DNA of 63,976 nucleotides, the filler included, from Octopus bimaculoides (Eukaryota), in NCBI RefSeq assembly GCF_001194135.2. It is 6 parts of 6 records of this genome, joined end to end, with 100 filler letters (N's around TTAATTAATTAA, not from the genome) between each part and the next. Parts side by side here need not be neighbours in the genome. Positions count along the whole stretch, not along the records: positions 60,775 to 62,632 come from NC_068984.1; positions 62,733 to 63,976 come from NW_026388890.1; 4 more parts are not named here. The stretch is one strand, 5' to 3'. Of this stretch, positions 60,887-63,976 are shown piece by piece (the stretch's first letter is position 1; every line of letters begins with the position of its first letter). Made by a program: the position numbers and the translations under genes. The notes beneath the pieces were generated by a model, which worked only from the letters and a program-made list of their open reading frames with translations, ran no database searches and was not told where the DNA came from.

Positions 60887-62552
60887 ATGCATATTGTTTA
60901 CACATATATTGTTTGCATCATAAGAATATATTTACATTATACAAATGTAGAAACTTAATGAAATAATTCGTTTATTTTTCGGTAATCGTGGCTGTTAAGA
61001 ACAGAGTTTCTAAAATTGATAGAAAAATTCCGAGAATTAATTTGGTCGACAGGATTAACCGCAACAGAGTCGGATTTTTGCAATTTTTATTTGCAGCCGG
61101 TTTCAGAAATTCTTTTGGACTTGTTTGTACATCTGAAACTAAGAAACGTTTAAGTTAATGTGTTTCTCAACATCTGTTATTTTGATCATTGACAGTAATT
61201 ATCAGTATTTCCGCTTTCTCTCTTTCTCTATCTTCCTTCCATCACCTCCTTTCACAATCCCATGTTCCTAAAATGATAAAATGATTTGGAACGTTGCTGT
61301 CGTATTCCAACTGTCCTGTTTGGCTTGTATATTGTAACAAATACTGTGTTGTAACATTTCAAACTTTCCTTCCTTATGAAAATTTTAAGCAATTACACTT
61401 GTTAAGGTGTCAAAATTCAAGTTGTTCGGTGCGCCTGCAATCCCAAGGCCAACCTTGCAAATTCATATTGCTTTCAACTCACTCTTCACGCATTTCTTTA
61501 TGTATTCACCCTGTGTATCTTAACTTCATGTGAGCGAGAACGAAGACACTGCGCCACACACTTTTAGTCTCATAATCGAATTCCTTCAAAGCTAAATTAA
61601 GTCAAGGATAACAAATTATATTATGGAAAGAATGATAATGCACACCAAAATATTTCACCTTTCCTAAACTCGTCTCTATGTAAGTATGTATGGGTGGATG
61701 CATGCTTGAGTGTATATATGTGTGTGTATTTTTGCATGCATATGTGTATGTGTGTGTTGTACGTGTGCTTGTTTGTTTGCTTCTTTGTAGATGTAGTTGC
61801 AAGGTGTACCATACTACGTTTCAGTAATTCTTAATTTTTTGCTTTATAAATACTTTTTGATGAATTTCGTAAGCGCTTAAAGAAAGCAAGATTACGTACG
61901 AGGTATTTAGTGTGTCTATTAGATTTAGAAAAAATATAAACGAAATTCTTTCCTACAATCAAAATCACCTGGTTTGTTTTAACGGCAGTTCGATAAACCT
62001 TTGAACCTTAACATCGACTACCGAAGAGCAGAGCAGTTAACAATGATATTTTAAAGAAACTGAAAGCCGAATAACAACATATATTGTAAATAAGTTTGTT
62101 TCTAACAAACGATGTTAATTGGGCTTTCTCCAGACTAAGATATCCGTGCATCATTATAGAGTTCTATCCGTTAATTCTGACCCAATTTCCTTGAAGATTG
62201 ATCGATAAATATTCATGTAAACACGCTTCAGACAATGGAAGTAACCAACACTCATTGTTCCTTACTATTTCATCGTATATTTAACTCTCCAGATGTGCCT
62301 CTACATGAAATTTTGTCACATTATCATCATCATCATCAGACCATCAGAATTTATGGTTTCTCCAATTCCCCTTTTTCTTCCCTCCTTTATATTCCAATCA
62401 TTTTGTAAATAACTGTATACACATTGTAACTTCTATATTTATGCACTCACACACGTACCCCACCCCATATATATATATGGTTGTATTGAAGTATACGCAA
62501 AAAGAATTAAACCTCATTATATCAAATAGAGGATAGTTTAATAATAGAACTA

Positions 62553-62594
<42 letters not shown>

Positions 62595-62732
62595 TATAAT
62601 TTTCTTTATATATATATATATATATATATATANNNNNNNNNNNNNNNNNNNNNNNNNNNNNNNNNNNNNNNNNNNNTTAATTAATTAANNNNNNNNNNNN
62701 NNNNNNNNNNNNNNNNNNNNNNNNNNNNNNNN

Positions 62733-62824
62733 AGACACTTGCCCATGGTGCCACACAGTGGGACTGAAACCGGAACCATGTGGTTGGCAAGCAAGCTACT
62801 TACTACGCAGCCAATCCTACGCCT
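62733..62824 (-). mobile_element. SINE family A head
   Basis: AGACACTTGCCCATGGTGCCACACAGTGGGACTGAAACCGGAACCATGTGGTTGG. Confidence 0.8.
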
Positions 62825-63211
62825 ATTACATATTGTTTCAGTTACGGGCTGAAAGTAGGAAAATGAGTTCATTGTTATTAGTAAAATCAGATAATATAGT
62901 AGACAAACCTCCGAAAATCATGGGGCTCATGGGAAAATCTATTTAAATTATAGGGGGTTTGGTAATAATAGGATGAATGTTGTTACAATGGAGTAATGCT
63001 ATACCATAATTACTATTGTCATTGAGTATCAGACCAACCCTGATTAAATAGGTTTTATGACCAGTCGTGACCATTCTGCCTCTTTGGTTTATTTAGAACT
63101 ACATTCCATATGGTTGGTATATCTAGAGCTACATTCCATGGTTGATGGCATCGAGTAACCCATTCCTTAAAATTACTGGCTGTGTGTTTAAATCAAGAAC
63201 TATTATTAAAG

Positions 63212-63385
63212 ATGGCGAGCATTCAAAAAATGCTTTGTAATCTTTGTTCCCAGCTCCTTACGTTTTGAGTTCACATACTGCTAACGTTAATTTTGTTTTT
63301 CGTCCCACTGGGGTCGATAAAACAAAGTACCAGTCTAGCGCTGGAGTCGATGGTATCTACTAATCAACCCACGTGCCTTAAACAA
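63212..63385 (+). mobile_element. SINE family E, diverged
   Basis: TTACGTTTTGAGTTCACAT...GGGGTCGATAAAACAAAGTACCAGT...GGAGTCGATG aligns with 23525-23735. Confidence 0.55.
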
Positions 63386-63976
63386 AAACCAATGCATGTG
63401 ACATAGAAAGACGGTACGAAACTGGGTTACGCATTCAAGCTAGAAAATGGCGCATTTAACTGAAGTTACTATAACGTTATATGTCGCTTATAAGAGTGGT
63501 TACATGGTACATAAGCAGGAAATAATTTCTTCTACTTTTTCATTTTTTTTCTAAGGCATAGATATAATGCCAGGAGGAAATTAATATTGCAGTGTTGTTA
63601 GATTCATATACAGATATCTTGTATATGAATCACATTTGACCCCGTTAGGTATTATAACTAAAGAAATTCCACTGAAGCAGCATATATATAGCAATGGACG
63701 TTGTTACGTTAGAGCATAGTGGAGCGGATATTGGTTAGGCAGTGAACAATAAATAAATAAATAAATAAATAAATAAAAATTGAAAAAAGCTAGAAAAAGG
63801 TGGGGAATGCAGCTAGTTAGCTGATGTAATATGTGTATGCGTGCATATAAGTATGAGTGTATTTGCATGTGTATATGTATGTGCTTATATCTGTATCTCT
63901 GTGTATATACATACATAATACATTCATATATACATACATTTATATAGATATACATATATGTGTGTATATATGTGTG

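Noticed and set aside
1-63976. CRISPR array, prokaryotic operon or defence system
   Set aside because: There are no regularly spaced repeat-spacer units and no gene-dense coding; the sequence is eukaryotic repeat-rich DNA.

Overview
This is repeat-rich, AT-rich eukaryotic DNA with many N gaps. It is most likely a cephalopod (Octopus-type) scaffold; this is inferred from the SINE families, the extreme microsatellite load and the TTAATTAATTAA gap spacers, and is not database-confirmed. I recognise no intact host protein-coding gene, rRNA, true tRNA or CRISPR array. Nearly all long ORFs in the track are microsatellite or N-gap artefacts. Supportable content: (1) several tRNA-derived SINE families; (2) RTE-clade LINE 3' ends with (GAT)n tails, some in tail-to-tail inverted pairs; (3) four decayed copies of a Tx1/L1-like retrotransposon family (RRM-like + CCHC ORF1, APE endonuclease, RT); (4) R4/Dong-like restriction-endonuclease retroelement remnants; (5) mariner ends, piggyBac-like MITEs and long fold-backs; (6) Penelope-like element (PLE) remnants. 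The most interesting signal is a set of minimal type-I hammerhead ribozyme motifs. One has a fully intact catalytic core (40955-41008, minus). Another lies inside a ~870-bp TSD-flanked, non-coding, PLE/retrozyme-like insertion (50548-51451) that interrupts the RT motif of an older PLE. All calls were made by eye, and boundaries are approximate unless stated otherwise.
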